IMG/VR virus record: IMGVR_UViG_3300004778_000005
Location: 1-27,015 of that record
Length of the DNA: 27,015 nt
Strand: one strand, 5' to 3'
From: a virus
Lineage: Duplodnaviria; Caudoviricetes
Position numbers and translations under genes: made by a program. The notes below the pieces were generated by a model. The model saw only the letters and a program-made list of their open reading frames with translations. It was not told the origin of the DNA and ran no database searches. Shown here one piece after another: positions 23,920 to 27,015 of the stretch (the first letter of the stretch is position 1; the number at the start of each line of letters is the position of its first letter).

Positions 23920-25164
23920 ATGGCTTACGGAGAACAATGGATGTTTCCCAAGGCGAGCGTAACGCCCGGTAAGGGTACTACGCCAGCCCCATACAGATAC
24001 ACTAGTCCATATGGCCCATTTCTATCTGAACTAAAGAATGCTAAACCTTACAAACCAGTTGTGAAGAAACCATCTCCAAAGAAGCCGCCTAAGACCTCCA
24101 GACCATCTGGTAGTGGTTCTGTTTATCGCGGGCCGGTCGGCGGTGGTCGTTCATCGACTCCGACTGCTAAGACTACTCCAGACCAGACGTTCTCTCCGCT
24201 CGGTGGGGATATCTACAAGCCCTATCAGAACAGACTAGATGCCCTCTACGCTCAATATAACGCGCTTCGTCCCGAGTATACACCTGGAACCTTCCAGTAT
24301 GCAGATTGGGGTGGCCGTGACCAGTTCTCTAGTGACGCTCAGCGCCGTATCGACTCTGATATCGCTGCTAACGTAGCCACTCTTAGCGGTCAGCGCGTAG
24401 CGACCAACTCCGCATACGAACAGGCACTACGCAACTCCAACCAGCAGACCACCGCTGACGTGAATGCTCTTAACCAGCAGGGTGCGGTTGATACTGGACG
24501 CATGGCTAACATGGCCGCTAACGCTGGTATCACCAGCGGGTTTGGCGCTCTTGCCAACGACTATGGTATCAGTAACGACTACGCATCGCGTATCGCCGCT
24601 GCTCGTCTGGCTGGCTCGAACGCTAATCAGGATATCAATATGTCTCGTGGCAATTCGATGGCCGAGATTGCTGGTCAGGAAGCGGCTATGCGTCTAGGCC
24701 GTGAGTCCCGTATAGGTGAACTTACCGACCAGATGAGTGATTCTGATTTCCAGAAGTATTCCTCTCTCCGCGCTCAGGGCTTTAACGAGTTTCAGGCTAA
24801 GGAAGAAATGGCTCGTATGGCAGACCAGGATAGGCTCACTTCTGCATACAGCAATCTTGCTGGTAACGAGAACCTTATCAATGCCCAGATGGGCATGGCT
24901 CAGGACAACCGCAACTATCTCTACAACGACTACTGGGCTAATCGTAACTTCAACTATACGGCTGCTCAAGACAAACTCGGGTACAACAAGTCCGTGTCTG
25001 ATACCAACCTCGCTGCCAACCAGTTCAACACCAGCATGAGTGTTGACCAGAAGAACAACCTACTCTCTGCTTATACAAGTCTGCTTGTTAGTGGCGCTCC
25101 TGGTTCTCTTGATGCCGCTGCTAAGTTCAAAACAATGCTAGCGTCATATGGTATCAATGTATAA
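23920..25164 (+). CDS. probable internal virion (ejection) protein
   Basis: 414 aa with a Pro/Lys-rich N-terminus and an A/N/Q-rich helical body. Typical position after tail genes in podoviruses. Confidence 0.6.
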   Translation: MAYGEQWMFPKASVTPGKGTTPAPYRYTSPYGPFLSELKNAKPYKPVVKKPSPKKPPKTSRPSGSGSVYRGPVGGGRSSTPTAKTTPDQTFSPLGGDIYKPYQNRLDALYAQYNALRPEYTPGTFQYADWGGRDQFSSDAQRRIDSDIAANVATLSGQRVATNSAYEQALRNSNQQTTADVNALNQQGAVDTGRMANMAANAGITSGFGALANDYGISNDYASRIAAARLAGSNANQDINMSRGNSMAEIAGQEAAMRLGRESRIGELTDQMSDSDFQKYSSLRAQGFNEFQAKEEMARMADQDRLTSAYSNLAGNENLINAQMGMAQDNRNYLYNDYWANRNFNYTAAQDKLGYNKSVSDTNLAANQFNTSMSVDQKNNLLSAYTSLLVSGAPGSLDAAAKFKTMLASYGINV

Positions 25165-25176
25165 GCAGGAGGAACT

Positions 25177-27015
25177 ATGCCTGAACTCTTTGTGAAGAGA
25201 CAGCCGTGGGGCGGGTTCAGCCCGATTGGACTACAGCAACCACAGCAGGTTTCTCCTCGTAACTGGCCCTCACCCAATATCTCCAGTAGATTTAGTGGCG
25301 GTGGTGGGATTAGAATAGACTTCCCCAGTCGTGGTGGAGGTCTACCGACTAACCCGCTACCAGTAAACCCCTACCTCAAATCAGAAGCACACGCCAAGGC
25401 ATTGGCGGACAAAGAGAAGTACGGTGCTATCACTGGCATGGGTACTGAAACTGACGAAATGCCACTCCCCATCAAGATGCTTCTTGGTGGGTTTAACTGG
25501 TTGGATAAGCCTCGTCAGGTTATCTATGCCGCTGGTGATGCGTTTCTTAATCCGAATGAGCATCCCGATATGGGTGCTGAGATTAGGAAGCAACTCGAAC
25601 GCGGTGATAGAGGCGAGACTACAACCGACGCATTCGATGTATTCAATGTTCTAGGTTATACGGACAAACCTCACCAGAATGATGGTATGTGGTGGGAGAA
25701 TGGTGGCAAGGGTATAGGTGAAGACCTATATTCTTGGGTTCGCGGTGCTTTGGGAATGGGTGTGAACATCGCTACCGACCCAATCACATGGGGTTCTGCT
25801 GGCCTCGGCGGACTCGCTAAGGGCGCTGGTGCTAGTCTCGGGAAGAGCATCATACAAGAGGGTGCAGAACAGGCCACTAAGCAGACTGTCGCTCTAGCCG
25901 CCAAGAACGCTGCACAGCAGATGGCAGAAGAGGGGCTTAAGAAGTATGTCGCTCGTGCTGCTAAGGCTTCATTCGCCAAGGCTACTAAGCAGAATGTAGC
26001 CAAGGGTATGGCTGGAGATATCGCAGAACAAGCGGCTAGGCGTACCGTCCCGAAGACTGAGGCAGAACTCCTTGTGAAGTTTGCCAAGACTAAGGCCGGG
26101 AAGGCTGCTCAGGCCGCTATCGACGCACAAGATGAAATCCTTGGTGGTATCGCAAAGAAGGGCGGCCCTGTTGCTACATGGGAAGCCTCCTTCAAGCGTG
26201 CCTTTGGCGAAGAGGGTTTCGAAGAGATGAAGAAGCGTGCTCCCAAAGCATGGGCTAAGGTAGAGGCGAAGATGGGACAGGTCGCCACTCTCGCCAATGA
26301 TGATGCTTCCAAGGAAATAGTACGCCAGATGGGTTACTTTGCTAAGGCGGGGCAGAAAGACTTCTCCCGCCTTGCTATCCAACTCCCATTCGGACTTAAG
26401 CGTTGGGAACTTCCCGGCGGTCGTGCTCTTGCTTCCCTCGCCCCCAATAGCCTTGGTGAGAACCTTGCTATTGCGAAAGCCCTATCTAAGGTCAACAAAT
26501 TCAAGGCTAATCAGGTTGATACTGGTTCTCGCCTTGGTGCAGAGATGCTTAAGCAATCGGGTATCGAGACAGAAGCGGCCCGTTCTACTGCCGCCTTCCT
26601 TAAAGAGAAGACTTCTGCTGAAATCTATCAGTATCTTGATAGCCAAATCAAGAACTTCAACGACGATACTGGCGGTCTATACAAGTTGCTTCCCGGTTAC
26701 AGCCGTAGGCAGCAGACGAAGTATGCAAAGATTATCGGTATCGCCAAGGAATATGCGATTGTCAATGACAGCGAACTAGAGCGTGCCTCTATAGAGCACT
26801 TCATCGCCAAGGACTTTGTTCCTGGTTTCATTCGCAAGCAAGATGGTAGTGCGGTATGGTTCTTCAAGGGTACCGAGTATGGTACCGAGGCAGAGGCCAA
26901 GGCTGCTGCCAAGATAGCCCAGAAGCAAGCCGCTTCTGATATCGCTGCCGAAGCGAAGGCCGCTACTGTCGCCGCGAAGAAGGCCGCCAAGGAGTCCCCC
27001 GAGGTGGCTGTCCGT
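25177..27015 (+). CDS. large internal virion (ejection) protein, 5' part, running off the window (not in ORF track)
   Basis: SD AGGAGG then ATG CCT GAA CTC (MPELFVKRQPW...). No stop was seen to the window end (613 codons). It contains GMGVNIATDPITWGSAG and Ala/Lys-rich helices. Confidence 0.75.
   Translation, partial: MPELFVKRQPWGGFSPIGLQQPQQVSPRNWPSPNISSRFSGGGGIRIDFPSRGGGLPTNPLPVNPYLKSEAHAKALADKEKYGAITGMGTETDEMPLPIKMLLGGFNWLDKPRQVIYAAGDAFLNPNEHPDMGAEIRKQLERGDRGETTTDAFDVFNVLGYTDKPHQNDGMWWENGGKGIGEDLYSWVRGALGMGVNIATDPITWGSAGLGGLAKGAGASLGKSIIQEGAEQATKQTVALAAKNAAQQMAEEGLKKYVARAAKASFAKATKQNVAKGMAGDIAEQAARRTVPKTEAELLVKFAKTKAGKAAQAAIDAQDEILGGIAKKGGPVATWEASFKRAFGEEGFEEMKKRAPKAWAKVEAKMGQVATLANDDASKEIVRQMGYFAKAGQKDFSRLAIQLPFGLKRWELPGGRALASLAPNSLGENLAIAKALSKVNKFKANQVDTGSRLGAEMLKQSGIETEAARSTAAFLKEKTSAEIYQYLDSQIKNFNDDTGGLYKLLPGYSRRQQTKYAKIIGIAKEYAIVNDSELERASIEHFIAKDFVPGFIRKQDGSAVWFFKGTEYGTEAEAKAAAKIAQKQAASDIAAEAKAATVAAKKAAKESPEVAVR

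Noticed and set aside
7585-26990. Minus-strand and alternate-frame ORFs across the virion operon (e.g. 12431-12985, 17144-17839, 25671-26087)
   Set aside because: They overlap well-supported structural genes and reflect codon bias, especially in the high-GC block.
1-27015. Stop-codon reassignment (amber recoding)
   Set aside because: Core genes are full length in the standard code, and TAG stops are followed by new SD/start signals.

Overview
This window is part of a tailed dsDNA bacteriophage genome (Caudoviricetes), most likely a podovirus, with two divergent arms. The left arm (1-7107, minus strand) is an early/accessory region of about 20 mostly small, tightly coupled ORFs. It includes Zn-ribbon micro-proteins, short membrane peptides, a HicB-like protein, a coiled-coil protein and a MoxR/CobS-type AAA+ ATPase with a VWA-like partner. 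A non-coding control region (7108-7662) switches abruptly from GC-rich to AT-rich and holds a consensus sigma70 promoter and an (AT)9 tract. The right arm (7663-27015, plus strand) is a virion operon: HTH protein, terminase small and large subunits, portal, scaffold, P22-gp5-like major capsid protein, a nested-repeat decoration/fibre protein, a mosaic G8/beta-helix protein, head-tail adaptor, an apparently split tail-nozzle gene, a tail-collar fibre and ejection proteins, the last running off the window. No tRNA, rRNA, CRISPR array, integrase, tape measure or lysis gene was recognised. All family calls come from motif recognition by eye, not database searches.
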